The notes under the pieces: generated by a model
What the model saw: the letters and a program-made list of their open reading frames with translations, nothing else
Told to the model about the DNA's origin: nothing
Database searches by the model: none
NCBI GenBank assembly: GCA_946056135.1
Contig: CAMGIN010000002.1
Span: 328-64,327, forward strand
Direction of reading: 5' to 3'
DNA length: 64,000 bases
From: an uncultured bacterium
Lineage (GTDB): Bacteria > Bacillota > Clostridia > Oscillospirales > Oscillospiraceae
Shown here: piece by piece, positions 1 to 9,044 of the stretch
Position numbering within the stretch: the stretch's first letter is position 1
How the letters are laid out: the number at the start of each line of letters is the position of its first letter
Position numbers and translations under genes: made by a program

Positions 1-2
1 TC

Positions 3-485
3 CAGGCGGAGGAGAGCCACATGGAGTCCGTCATGAACGCCATTCGGGCCATCCGCAACCGCCGTTCCGAGATGAATGTGCCCCCCAGCAAGAAGGCCGC
101 GCTGTTCGTCCTGACCTCCAAGCCCCAGGTTTTCCTGGAGGGCGAGGGCTTCATCCAGAGATTGGCCTATGCCGATTCTGTGACGCTGCTGGAGCAGGAG
201 CCTGCCAACCTGGACGGCATGGTGACCTGTGCCACTGCTGACGCCAAGCTGTATATCCCCATGGGCCAGCTGGTGGACGTGGCCAAGGAGCTGGAGCGCA
301 TCTCCAAGGAGCTGGACAAGGCCCGGAAGAATCTGGCCAGCCTGGAGGGTAAGCTCAGCAACGAGAAGTTTGTCTCCCGGGCGCCCGAGGCTGTGGTCAA
401 CGCGGAGCGGGAGAAGGCCCAGAAAGCGGCAGATCTGATTGCCAGCCTGGAGCAGAGCGAGGCTGCTATGCGGAAGCTGGGCTGA
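3..485 (+). CDS. valS: Valyl-tRNA synthetase, C-terminal part (gene begins before the window)
   Basis: IRAIRNRRSEMNVPPSKK and the coiled-coil tail KLSNEKFVSRAPEAVVNAEREK are typical of the ValRS C-terminus. Confidence 0.95.
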   Translation, partial: QAEESHMESVMNAIRAIRNRRSEMNVPPSKKAALFVLTSKPQVFLEGEGFIQRLAYADSVTLLEQEPANLDGMVTCATADAKLYIPMGQLVDVAKELERISKELDKARKNLASLEGKLSNEKFVSRAPEAVVNAEREKAQKAADLIASLEQSEAAMRKLG

Positions 486-518
486 TACGAAATCCACTTT
501 TTTAAGGAGGTAACCTGT

Positions 519-1385
519 ATGAAAGCAACCGTTTATTTTTCCCGCACCATTACGCCGGAAAAGGTATTGCAGCTTTACAAAATGGCTGGCAAAACCCTTC
601 CCGGCAATGTGGCCATCAAAGTCCATTCCGGAGAAAAGGGAAACCAGAACTTCCTGCGGCCTGACTTCTGGAAACCGGTTGTTGACGCGGTGGGCGGCAC
701 GATTGTGGAGTGCAACACCGCCTATGAGGGCCAGCGGGACACCACGGAAAAGCACCGCAGATTGCTCTCGGACCATGGCTGGAATCGGTATTTTCCTGTG
801 GATCTGCTGGACGCGGAAGGCCCGGACCTGGAGCTGCCCATCCCCAAGGGCAAGGTGATCCGGAAAAACTATGTGGGCAAGGACATCGTGCATTACGATT
901 CCATGCTGGTGCTGTCCCACTTCAAGGGCCACCCCATGGGCGGCTACGGCGGCGCCCTGAAGCAGCTGTCCATCGGTGTGGCATCCTCCTACGGCAAAGC
1001 CTATATCCACGGTGCGGGAGATCCGAAGCAGCTCTGGACTGCCGATCATGATGCCTTCCTGGAATCCATGGCGGATGCAGCCAGCTCTGTGGTGGAATAC
1101 TTCCAGGGCAATCTGGTCTATGTGAATGTGATGAAGAACATGAGCGTGGACTGCGACTGCTGCGCCGTGGCGGAGGATCCCTGCATTGCGGACATCGGCA
1201 TCCTGGTTTCCACCGATCCTATCGCCATTGACCAGGCATGCATTGACCTTGTTTATGCTTGCTCCGACCCCGGAAAGCCCCATCTGCTGGAGCGGATCGA
1301 GAGCCGCAACGGCGTGCACACCATCGAAGCTGCCGCTGCCCTGGGCTTCGGCACCAGAGAGTACGAACTGATCGAAGTGGAATAA
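519..1385 (+). CDS. DUF362-family Fe-S protein
   Basis: Motifs KVHSGE, ECNTAY, SHFKGH-GGALKQLSIG, SVDCDC and DPIAIDQAC; RBS AAGGAGG. Confidence 0.85.
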   Translation: MKATVYFSRTITPEKVLQLYKMAGKTLPGNVAIKVHSGEKGNQNFLRPDFWKPVVDAVGGTIVECNTAYEGQRDTTEKHRRLLSDHGWNRYFPVDLLDAEGPDLELPIPKGKVIRKNYVGKDIVHYDSMLVLSHFKGHPMGGYGGALKQLSIGVASSYGKAYIHGAGDPKQLWTADHDAFLESMADAASSVVEYFQGNLVYVNVMKNMSVDCDCCAVAEDPCIADIGILVSTDPIAIDQACIDLVYACSDPGKPHLLERIESRNGVHTIEAAAALGFGTREYELIEVE

Positions 1386-1395
1386 CGCAATCAAA

Positions 1396-1448
1396 AAATG
1401 CCCCGAAAGCCGGTTTCGGAAGCCTCCGAAGCTGGTTTCGGGGTATTT
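1396..1448. terminator. Long hairpin / probable terminator after the DUF362 gene
   Basis: AAATGCCCCGAAAGCCGGTTTCGGA-agcc-TCCGAAGCTGGTTTCGGGGTATTT imperfect inverted repeat. Confidence 0.65.
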
Positions 1449-1481
1449 CTATTGGCTGAGACAATCGCGTTTCCTTTGCAG

Positions 1482-1510
1482 TTGACTTTCTGAAAAAAGA
1501 AAGGTATAGT
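1482..1510 (+). promoter_or_regulatory. Sigma-A type promoter
   Basis: TTGACT-N17-TATAGT. Confidence 0.6.
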
Positions 1511-1571
1511 ATATACGAACATATTTACTATAAAACAGTCAATGGACACGCTTTATAGGCAGAAGGGAAGA

Positions 1572-2336
1572 ATGAGGATGGACGCGGAATTTGTCAATGT
1601 CACGCCGGAAAATCTTGCCGATGAGCATCTTTGCTGTATTATCCGCAGCAAAAAGCCGCACCCGGGGGTGGAGGCCAAGCGGCAGTGGCTTTCCCAGCGT
1701 CTGCAGGAAGGTCATGTCTTCCGAAAGCTGAACGCGAAGGCGGTGGCCTTTATCGAATATGCGCCACTGGAAACGGCATGGGTTCCTATTATGGGGGACA
1801 ACTACGATTATATATACTGCCTGTGGGTTTCCGGTGCGCCAAAGGGGCATGGGTATGGACGGGCGTTGATGGAATACTGCCTGGCAGACGCGAAGGAAAA
1901 AGGAAAGTCCGGTGTGTGTATGTTGGGTTCTGTCAAGCAGAAGGCCTGGCTTTCCGACCAGGGCTTTGCCCAAAAGTACGGCTTTACCGTGGTGGACACC
2001 ACGAACGATGGCTATACGCTGCTGGCCCTTTCCTTTGACGGGACTGTGCCAAGGTTTGCGCCCAGCGTGAAAGAACAGAAAATCGGAAGAGAACTGACGG
2101 TATATTATACTTACCAATGTCCTTATATTCCCCAGAGGATCGAGATGATCGAACAGTACTGTAAGGACCATCAGGTCCCTGTGTCCCTGGTTTTGGTGGA
2201 CACCCTGCAAAAGGCAAAGGAGCTGCCCTGTGTTTTCAACAATTTCGCCGTGTGCTACCAGGGAAAAATGGAGACCGTCAATTTGCTGGATATTCCCACC
2301 CTGGAGAGAATCCTGAGACGGGGGAGCGGAGAATGA
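1572..2336 (+). CDS. GNAT acetyltransferase with C-terminal YoaP domain
   Basis: EHLCCI, FIEYAP, CLWVSG, KGHGYG (GNAT motif A), QCPY and PCVFNNFA; start placed after a purine-rich RBS (ORF opens at 1542). Confidence 0.8.
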   Translation: MRMDAEFVNVTPENLADEHLCCIIRSKKPHPGVEAKRQWLSQRLQEGHVFRKLNAKAVAFIEYAPLETAWVPIMGDNYDYIYCLWVSGAPKGHGYGRALMEYCLADAKEKGKSGVCMLGSVKQKAWLSDQGFAQKYGFTVVDTTNDGYTLLALSFDGTVPRFAPSVKEQKIGRELTVYYTYQCPYIPQRIEMIEQYCKDHQVPVSLVLVDTLQKAKELPCVFNNFAVCYQGKMETVNLLDIPTLERILRRGSGE

Positions 2337-2348
2337 GAGGGTACGAGC

Positions 2349-3311
2349 ATGAGAAGAGAATTGGGAATTGCCAGATGTGGACTGGCCTGCTGCCTCTGCT
2401 CAGAAAATGCGCATTGCGATGGGTGCCAGTCAGATAGCTGTGTGGATAAAGACTGGTGTGAAAACCGTAAATGCTCGATAAGCCGCGGTATTCCCGGCTG
2501 CTATGCCTGCGACGCGGAATGCGGAAAGGGACTTCTTGCCAAAAGCAAACCCTACGGCTTTACTTTGTTTGTCAGGCGATTTGGCATGGAAACGCTGCTT
2601 GACTGCCTGGAGCGTAATGAACAAAAGGGAATTGTATACCACCGGGAGGGAATCACCGGTGATTACGATGGGTTTGACAGTGTGAATTCTCTGCTGGAAT
2701 TCATTCGATCCGGAAAACCGGCTGTATTGGAAACCGAAAGGCTGATCCTGCGGGAGCTGACACCGGAGGATTACCCTGCATTGTATGAGATTCTGTCTGA
2801 CCCGGAGACCATGCGGTATTATCCGAAGCCTTTTGACGCCCAGAAGGTTCACCGGTGGATTCAGTGGAATCAGGAGAACTATGAAACCTATGGCTTCGGC
2901 CTGTGGGCGGTGATTCTGAAAGAAACCGGAGAGTTCCTCGGCGACTGCGGCATCACAATGCAGAACATCCACGGTCAGATGCTGCCGGAGATCGGGTATC
3001 ACATCCACAAGGACCATCAGAGGAAAGGCTATGCCTCGGAAGCGGCTGCCCGGTGTATGGAATACGCCTTTATGGAAAAGCGCTTGCCTATGGTCTATTC
3101 CTATATGAAAGACACCAATGTTGGCTCCTATTCCGTGGCGCTGAAAAATGGGATGCACCTGGTGGAGAAATATGCGGATCCGGTCAATACGGTTACAAGG
3201 GTATACGCCATGGAACGAACGGAATGGGAGGAACGCAGAGGGAATCTGGCTTGGTTTTTTCGCGGCTGCACTGACGAAGCGTATGGGAAAACTACCGCCT
3301 GTCCGTTTTGA
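2349..3311 (+). CDS. Cys-rich DUF3795-like domain fused to a RimJ/RimL-type GNAT
   Basis: N-terminal ARCGLACCLC...C...C...CYAC; C-terminal LETERLILRE...EIGY...QRKGYASEAA. Confidence 0.75.
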   Translation: MRRELGIARCGLACCLCSENAHCDGCQSDSCVDKDWCENRKCSISRGIPGCYACDAECGKGLLAKSKPYGFTLFVRRFGMETLLDCLERNEQKGIVYHREGITGDYDGFDSVNSLLEFIRSGKPAVLETERLILRELTPEDYPALYEILSDPETMRYYPKPFDAQKVHRWIQWNQENYETYGFGLWAVILKETGEFLGDCGITMQNIHGQMLPEIGYHIHKDHQRKGYASEAAARCMEYAFMEKRLPMVYSYMKDTNVGSYSVALKNGMHLVEKYADPVNTVTRVYAMERTEWEERRGNLAWFFRGCTDEAYGKTTACPF

Positions 3312-3367
3312 TGGATAGGCGGTTGTTTGTATGCAGACAGGAAGAAGTTTTTTCCAAAAGAATGCTC

Positions 3368-3396
3368 TTGCGGAAGAAGTCGTTCTATGATATAAT
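3368..3396 (+). promoter_or_regulatory. Sigma-A promoter of the Y-family polymerase operon
   Basis: TTGCGG-N17-TATAAT with TG extension. Confidence 0.65.
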
Positions 3397-3435
3397 ACAA
3401 ACATACGAGCGAAAATAAAAAAGGAGGACCGGAAG

Positions 3436-4935
3436 ATGGAACAGGTGAGGTCTTATATTGCCATTGATCTAAAGTCCTTCTACGCATCGCAGGAGTGTGT
3501 GGAACGGGGATTGGACCCACTGACCACCAACCTGGTGGTGGCCGATGCCAGCCGCACGGAAAAGACGATTTGCCTTGCGGTTTCCCCGTCTCTGAAGGCC
3601 TACGGCATTCCGGGAAGGGCAAGGCTGTTCGAAGTTGTTCAGCGGGTAAAGGAGATCAATAATCTGCGGATCAACAAAGCGCCGGGTCACAGCTTTTCCG
3701 GGAAATCCTGGGATGCCGATGAATTGGCGAAAGATCCCTCCCTGGAACTGGACTATATCACGGCCACACCCCGGATGGCCCACTATATGGAATGCAGCGC
3801 AAAAATCTACGGGATTTACCTGAAATATGTGGCCCCGGAGGATATTCACGTCTACTCCATCGACGAGGTCTTCCTGGATGCCACGCCATATCTGAAAACC
3901 TATGGCTTGTCCGCCTACGCCTTTGCCCGGAAGCTGATTTATGAAGTATTGGAAACTACTGGGATTACAGCCACAGCAGGCATCGGCACCAACCTGTACA
4001 TTGCCAAGGTAGCCATGGACATTGTGGCAAAGCACACGCTGCCGGACAGCGCGGGTGTGCGGATTGCCCAGCTGGATGAGCTGTCCTACCGCCGGCAGCT
4101 CTGGAACCACCGGCCGCTTACGGATTTCTGGCGGGTGGGCAGGGGCTACGCCAGGAAGCTGGAAGCCCACGGCCTGTTCACCATGGGGGACATTGCCCGG
4201 TGCTCCATCCACAACGAGGACACGCTGTACAAGCTGTTTGGAATCAACGCGGAGCTGCTCATTGACCATGCCTGGGGCTGGGAGCCCTGTACCATAGCGG
4301 ATATAAAAGCCTATAAGCCCGTCAGCAACAGCCTCAGCTCCGGCCAGGTCCTCCAATGCCCGTATTCCGTAGACAAGGCCAGACTGATCGTCAAGGAAAT
4401 GGCGGATCTTCTGGCGTTGGATCTGGTGGACAAGGGCCTGGTGACAGACCAGCTGGTGCTGACCATCGGCTATGACCGGGAAAGCCTGACCAATCCGGAA
4501 ATTGCCGGGAGCTATCGCGGCCCGGTAACCGTTGACCACTATGGCCGCAAAGTCCCAAAGCATGCCCGGGGAACCGCCAGCCTGCCCAGTCAAACCTCCT
4601 CCACAAAACAGATCACGGACACTTTCACGGAGCTGTTCGACCAAATCATAAACCCGGCTTTTCTGGTGCGGCGGGTCAATCTGACGGCTGCCCGGATTCT
4701 GCCGGAAAGCGCGGTTTCCCGGCAAGAGAAGGAGCCCCGGCAGCTGGACCTGTTTGCGGATTATGCAGGCGAGCAGGCGGAAGCCGCCGCACGGGAGCGG
4801 GAAAAACGCAGACAGCAGGCGGTGCTGGATATTCGAAAAAAGTACGGCAAGAACGCCATCCTGAAGGGCATGAATTTCGAGGAGGGCGCGACCACCATTT
4901 CCCGTAACAGCCAGATCGGAGGACACAAGGCATGA
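3436..4935 (+). CDS. Y-family (ImpB/MucB/SamB, UmuC/UvrX-like) translesion DNA polymerase
   Basis: IDLKSFYAS, YSIDEVFLD, ATAGIGTNLYIAKVAMD, beta-clamp motif QLDLF and C-terminal IGGHKA. Confidence 0.92.
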   Translation: MEQVRSYIAIDLKSFYASQECVERGLDPLTTNLVVADASRTEKTICLAVSPSLKAYGIPGRARLFEVVQRVKEINNLRINKAPGHSFSGKSWDADELAKDPSLELDYITATPRMAHYMECSAKIYGIYLKYVAPEDIHVYSIDEVFLDATPYLKTYGLSAYAFARKLIYEVLETTGITATAGIGTNLYIAKVAMDIVAKHTLPDSAGVRIAQLDELSYRRQLWNHRPLTDFWRVGRGYARKLEAHGLFTMGDIARCSIHNEDTLYKLFGINAELLIDHAWGWEPCTIADIKAYKPVSNSLSSGQVLQCPYSVDKARLIVKEMADLLALDLVDKGLVTDQLVLTIGYDRESLTNPEIAGSYRGPVTVDHYGRKVPKHARGTASLPSQTSSTKQITDTFTELFDQIINPAFLVRRVNLTAARILPESAVSRQEKEPRQLDLFADYAGEQAEAAAREREKRRQQAVLDIRKKYGKNAILKGMNFEEGATTISRNSQIGGHKA

Positions 4936-5354
4936 ATGGCCCTTATGATGATATTCTCTATATGCCCCACCACGTTTCTGCCACCCGGAAGCGGATGGCT
5001 CTGCTGGACCGGGCTGCCCAATTCAGTCCTTTTGCCGCCCTGACTGGGTATGATGCAGCCATCCGAGAGACAGGCCGCCTGACGGACAGTGCCGTCGATT
5101 GGGATGTGGACGGCATGGCAATTCTCAATGAGAAGCTTCGGCATCTTTCTGAGCGGCAGGAAACACAGCCGGAGGTCACCGTTACCTATTTTGTTCCGGA
5201 TGAACGGAAGAACGGCGGGGCCTACACAACGGTAACGGGAAAGGTAAAGAAGCTGGATCCCTATGCCCAGGTTCTCCTGCTGACGGACGGCAGGGAGATC
5301 CCCTTTCAGCGGATTCTGGAGCTGGAGGGAGAACCGTTTCAGCAGGAATTGTAA
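4932..5354 (+). CDS. YolD-like accessory protein of the Y-family polymerase
   Basis: YDDIL..PH...RM...DRAAQFSPFAALTG signature; ATGA overlap with the polymerase gene. Confidence 0.85.
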   Translation: MNGPYDDILYMPHHVSATRKRMALLDRAAQFSPFAALTGYDAAIRETGRLTDSAVDWDVDGMAILNEKLRHLSERQETQPEVTVTYFVPDERKNGGAYTTVTGKVKKLDPYAQVLLLTDGREIPFQRILELEGEPFQQEL

Positions 5355-5510
5355 ACGATTCAGTCGAGCCGTAATTACTCCATGCGAATGATCGTTTACA
5401 GTTCGTAGGGGGCGGCATCCTTGACGCCCCATTTGCATGCAGTACCGTCACAAGGGGCGTCAAGGATGCCGCCCCCTACTACGTTGCAGCAGATACAACG
5501 GAATCGTAAC
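5351..5510. mobile_element. MITE-like element, copy 1 (degenerate) with a GTAG-REP pair
   Basis: Left end GTAAACGATTCAG, inner box CGAATGATCGTTTA (5385-5398), perfect 26-bp inverted pair 5405-5430/5454-5479, right end CGGAATCGTAAC; flanks CAGGAATT/CATGAAAA. Confidence 0.65.
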
Positions 5511-5637
5511 CATGAAAAATCGGTGCTGTTTGGTTCCTTGACGGATTGCATTTTGTCTGCCAGGAGATTATAATAGCGGAGAATCTAGTGAAAGGACGCT
5601 CAGGAAGAAATTCTGTCCGTACTTCGGTGAGGAAACT

Positions 5638-7032
5638 ATGAAGAAAGATACCGTACAAAGGCTTCCCTGGGAAATGGTTCCCACAATCTTTGCGCTGGCC
5701 TGGCCCACCATGCTGGAGCAGCTGATGCAGACGGCAGTGCAGTATATCGATACTGCCATGGTGGGCTCCCTGGGCACCCAGGCCACGGCGGCTGTGGGCG
5801 CCACCAGCACGGTGAACTGGCTCATCGGAAGTACCATTTCCGCAGTGGGTGTGGGTTTCCTGGCTTTTGTGTCCCGGGCCTGCGGGGCGGGAGATACGAA
5901 GCGGGCGGCGAAGGCGGCCTCCCAGGCAGTCCTGGCGGTGCTGGTCTGCGGGATCTTCTTTACCGTACTGACCCTGGGCTGCAGCGGCATGGTTCCTGTG
6001 TGGATGCAGGTGGACCCGGCGATTCAGGAGCTGGCAGCGCGGTACTTCTTTATTCTCTATACCCCCATGCTGGCCCGGACGGCAATCATTCTTTTCGGAA
6101 CGCTACTTCGCTCTGTGGGCGATACCAAAACGCCTATGCGGGTAGGGCTGCTGGTCAACATCCTGAATGTGGTTCTGAATTTCCTGCTGATCTATCCTGC
6201 CCGGGAGGTTATGGGAATTCGGATGCCCGGCGCCGGGATGGGCGTCATCGGCGCGGCGGCTGCCAGTGCTGCGGCATTTGCTGTGGGCGGTATTGCCATG
6301 ACCGTTTGCCTGTGGCGGCATCCGGTGATCTCGCCGAAAGGACAATCGCTGCGGCCTGACTGGGAGATTCTGAAGCCCTGCCTCAAAGTGGCCCTGCCCA
6401 ATGGCCTGCAGCGGTTCGGCACCTCCCTGGGCTATGTGGCCTTTGCTTCTATGATTAACTCCTTGGGCGAAGTGGCCACGGCAGCCCACACCATTGCCAA
6501 CACGGTAGAGTCGGCATTTTACATTCCCGGCTACGGAATGCAGACTGCGGCGGCAACTCTGGCTGGAAACGCTCTGGGCGCCCAGGATGAACGCCGCATC
6601 CGGGATTTGGGTCGGATGATTCTCTTGATCGAAGTTAGCTTGATGCTCCTCTCCGGCGGCCTGCTGTTCCTGTTTGCGCCCAATATGATGTCCCTGTTTT
6701 CCGGGGATGCCCTGGTCATTGCCCTGGGAGCCACCGTACTGCGGATGGTGGCTGTGTCGGAACCGTTCTATGGGGTCTCCATCATTATTGAAGGCATGAT
6801 GCAGGGGATGGGCCGTACGCTGCTGCCGTTTGTCTTTAATATTGCGCTCATGTGGGGAATCCGTATTGCGGGAACCTTCCTTTGCACCCAGATGCTGGGG
6901 ATGGGACTGATTTCTGCCTGGGCCTGTATGATTGCCCACAATCTGCTTCTGTTCGCCATGTTCATGGTCTGTTACCTCAGCGGAAACTGGAATCCCCTGA
7001 ACCAAAGGGGAAAACAGCGGAAGAATCTGTAA
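5638..7032 (+). CDS. MATE family efflux transporter
   Basis: LAWPTMLEQ...DTAMVGSLG, GDTKTPM, about 12 hydrophobic segments. Confidence 0.92.
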   Translation: MKKDTVQRLPWEMVPTIFALAWPTMLEQLMQTAVQYIDTAMVGSLGTQATAAVGATSTVNWLIGSTISAVGVGFLAFVSRACGAGDTKRAAKAASQAVLAVLVCGIFFTVLTLGCSGMVPVWMQVDPAIQELAARYFFILYTPMLARTAIILFGTLLRSVGDTKTPMRVGLLVNILNVVLNFLLIYPAREVMGIRMPGAGMGVIGAAAASAAAFAVGGIAMTVCLWRHPVISPKGQSLRPDWEILKPCLKVALPNGLQRFGTSLGYVAFASMINSLGEVATAAHTIANTVESAFYIPGYGMQTAAATLAGNALGAQDERRIRDLGRMILLIEVSLMLLSGGLLFLFAPNMMSLFSGDALVIALGATVLRMVAVSEPFYGVSIIIEGMMQGMGRTLLPFVFNIALMWGIRIAGTFLCTQMLGMGLISAWACMIAHNLLLFAMFMVCYLSGNWNPLNQRGKQRKNL

Positions 7033-7050
7033 AATTACAGAAAAAACTAC

Positions 7051-7079
7051 TTGATTTTATGAAAATGGTGTGCTAAAAT
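7051..7079 (+). promoter_or_regulatory. Sigma-A promoter of rplS
   Basis: TTGATT-N17-TAAAAT with TG extension. Confidence 0.7.
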
Positions 7080-7098
7080 AAATCGGTCTGAAATCAAG

Positions 7099-7138
7099 GT
7101 GCGTCCTCTGCCAGCGGACAAGCTGGGCATGAACGCCT
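7099..7138 (+). ncRNA. Candidate L19 leader (autoregulatory hairpin)
   Basis: GCGT...TGCCAGC-ggacaa-GCTGGGCA...ACGC stem-loop in the rplS 5' UTR; L19 leaders are known in Firmicutes. Confidence 0.45.
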
Positions 7139-7160
7139 AATATTTAAGGAGGACAAAGAA

Positions 7161-7502
7161 ATGGATTTGGTAAAGGCTCTGAACAGCCAGTACATGAAGG
7201 AAGAGCTGCCCGAGGTTCGGGTGGGCGACACCGTTCGTGTGCATGTGCGCATCAAGGAAGGTTCCCGGGAACGTATCCAGGTGTTTGAAGGCACCGTTAT
7301 CGCCCGCAAGCATGGCGGCATCGGTGAGACTATCACCGTTCGTCGTATCTCCTACGGCGTTGGCTGCGAGAAGGTCTTCCCCCTGCATTCTCCCAATGTT
7401 GCTATGATCGAGACCGTCCGCAAGGGCAAGGTCCGTCGTGCCAAGCTGTACTATCTGCGTGACCGCTTCGGCAAGGCTGCAAAGATCAAGGAGAAAGTGT
7501 AA
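7161..7502 (+). CDS. rplS: 50S ribosomal protein L19
   Basis: [23 protein letters not shown]...[12 protein letters not shown]. Confidence 0.99.
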   Translation: MDLVKALNSQYMKEELPEVRVGDTVRVHVRIKEGSRERIQVFEGTVIARKHGGIGETITVRRISYGVGCEKVFPLHSPNVAMIETVRKGKVRRAKLYYLRDRFGKAAKIKEKV

Positions 7503-7511
7503 TTCCCAACC

Positions 7512-7549
7512 GAATAAAAAAAGAGGGCAAGGCCCTCTTTTTTTATTGG
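7512..7549 (+). terminator. Rho-independent terminator of rplS
   Basis: AAAAAAAGAGGGC-aag-GCCCTCTTTTTTTT. Confidence 0.85.
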
Positions 7550-7570
7550 GATGCCCCATGAAGAAATACT

Positions 7571-8235
7571 GTAACGATTCAGTCGAGCATAATTTTGCGC
7601 GGTAAATGATCGTTTAGGGCAAAGCCGCTTCGCGGTAGCTGCCTGGGCTCCGGCTCGGAATCTAAAAGCATCTAATTTCATATTCCACCTGAGGGCATCT
7701 GCGAGGAGTCAGGACATGGCTAATTCAGCTATCTGTCACTACGCTATGGGGTAGCCAATCCCTGATTTTAGATTGCAGAGCTCACGGTGAAGTCATTAGC
7801 CTGTTGGTAACCAATCCGCGTATAACAGAATGGCTATATGCCGGGAATCTGTCCCCTGACTCTTCCCAGATGCCCTCAGCAGAATTGACAGTTTGTAAGT
7901 CCGTAACTTGTAAGATGTTACCTCTTGACAAAGGTCATTTCATAACAGCGTACCAACGCTTTCCCTGTGCAATATTTTCAACAAAACGCTTCAGGGTCAA
8001 CTCTTGCTGTCATTGCGAACCAGTCCTCAGACTGGTGTGGCAATCCGTTTCCCCTTTGCGCAGGCTGATTGGACGAAAATGCTCAAAAAACGTAACATTT
8101 GGGGAACGGATTGCCACACCAGCGTGCGCGCTGGTTCGCAATGACAGTGGTAGTCGGTACTCTGGCGGAATCATCGTAAATGCTGCGATAAACGATCATT
8201 TATATGAGAAACTTGGGGTACGATTGAATAGTTAC
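7571..8235. mobile_element. MITE-like element, copy 2 (665 bp) with two internal long inverted repeats
   Basis: Ends GTAACGATTCAG / TTGAATAGTTAC; inner boxes 7603-7616 and 8189-8202; flanks GAAATACT/GAAATATT; internal IRs 7689-7716/7850-7879 and 8007-8054/8101-8147. Confidence 0.8.
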
Positions 8236-8418
8236 GAAATATTCCAGCATGGGAAATTTTCACATTTTGTTATAGAAAAGCGTTTCTTTCTGTGTTATAC
8301 TATATAAGTTATGGTATGACTGCCATCAGCTATCAGAATGATTTGGATTCGCTGCGCGGAGCACCACGGAAAAGCGACCATTCGCCGGCGCTGCGCCGAT
8401 ATAATAGGAGGAAGCATT

Positions 8419-9030
8419 ATGGCTGCGGAAGAACAGAAAGCCTCCAAAGGAAAAAAAGAGAAGAAACTGGGCTGGAAAGAAAGTCTGGTATTATACCTGC
8501 ATGACCTGATCTACATGCTCATGGTGATCCTGCTGCTGTTTCTGCTGGTATTTCGGGTGATCGTCGTCAGCGGCGACAGCATGAAGATGACGCTGTTGGA
8601 CGGCGACTATTTGCTGCTGCTCAGCAACACCCTCTATCATGATCCGGAATATGGCGATATTGTGGTTATCAGCAAAAAGGACTTCGACAATGGCAGCCCC
8701 ATTGTCAAGCGGGTCATTGCCACAGAAGGGCAGACGGTGGATATCGACTTTGAAAACGGCATTGTCTATGTGGACGGCGCTCAGCTGCAGGAGGATTACA
8801 TCAATAACCTGACCACCTATGCCGAGGGCGTTCCCTTCCCGCTGACTGTGGAGGAAGGGTGTATCTTCGTTCTGGGAGATAACCGGGCTGTCTCCAAGGA
8901 CAGCCGCAGCCCGGAGATTGGGTTGATTGACAAGCGGGAGGTTTTGGGGAAGGCTATTTTTCTGATGTTCCCCGGAACGGACAAAGGAAATATGCCCCGC
9001 GATTTTGACAGAGTAGGAGCAGTGAAATGA
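8419..9030 (+). CDS. lepB: Signal peptidase I
   Basis: TM segment, VSGDSM (Ser), IVKRVIA (Lys), GDNRAVSKDSR; start after AGGAGG. Confidence 0.95.
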   Translation: MAAEEQKASKGKKEKKLGWKESLVLYLHDLIYMLMVILLLFLLVFRVIVVSGDSMKMTLLDGDYLLLLSNTLYHDPEYGDIVVISKKDFDNGSPIVKRVIATEGQTVDIDFENGIVYVDGAQLQEDYINNLTTYAEGVPFPLTVEEGCIFVLGDNRAVSKDSRSPEIGLIDKREVLGKAIFLMFPGTDKGNMPRDFDRVGAVK

Positions 9031-9044
9031 GCGGACGGGAAGAA

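Noticed and set aside
1516-1529. CGAACATATTTAC as a LexA box
   Set aside because: Only one half-site matches and the downstream gene is not a repair gene.
3469-4926. Long antisense ORFs (also 13642-15072, 15867-17063, 17429-19126, 39991-41352, 50108-51529, 55224-56594)
   Set aside because: They mirror well-supported genes. High GC3 and rarity of TTA/CTA/TCA codons on the sense strand explain the lack of stops, and they have no recognisable motifs.
7804-8307. 167-aa ORF inside element copy 2 as a possible transposase or cargo gene
   Set aside because: It runs through palindromes and across the element end, and has no RBS, no DDE or HUH motif and atypical composition.
8300-8400. Possible structured RNA upstream of lepB (GAATG/CATTC, TCGCT/AGCGA)
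   Set aside because: The stems are short and interrupted with no recognisable family; not supportable without covariation data.
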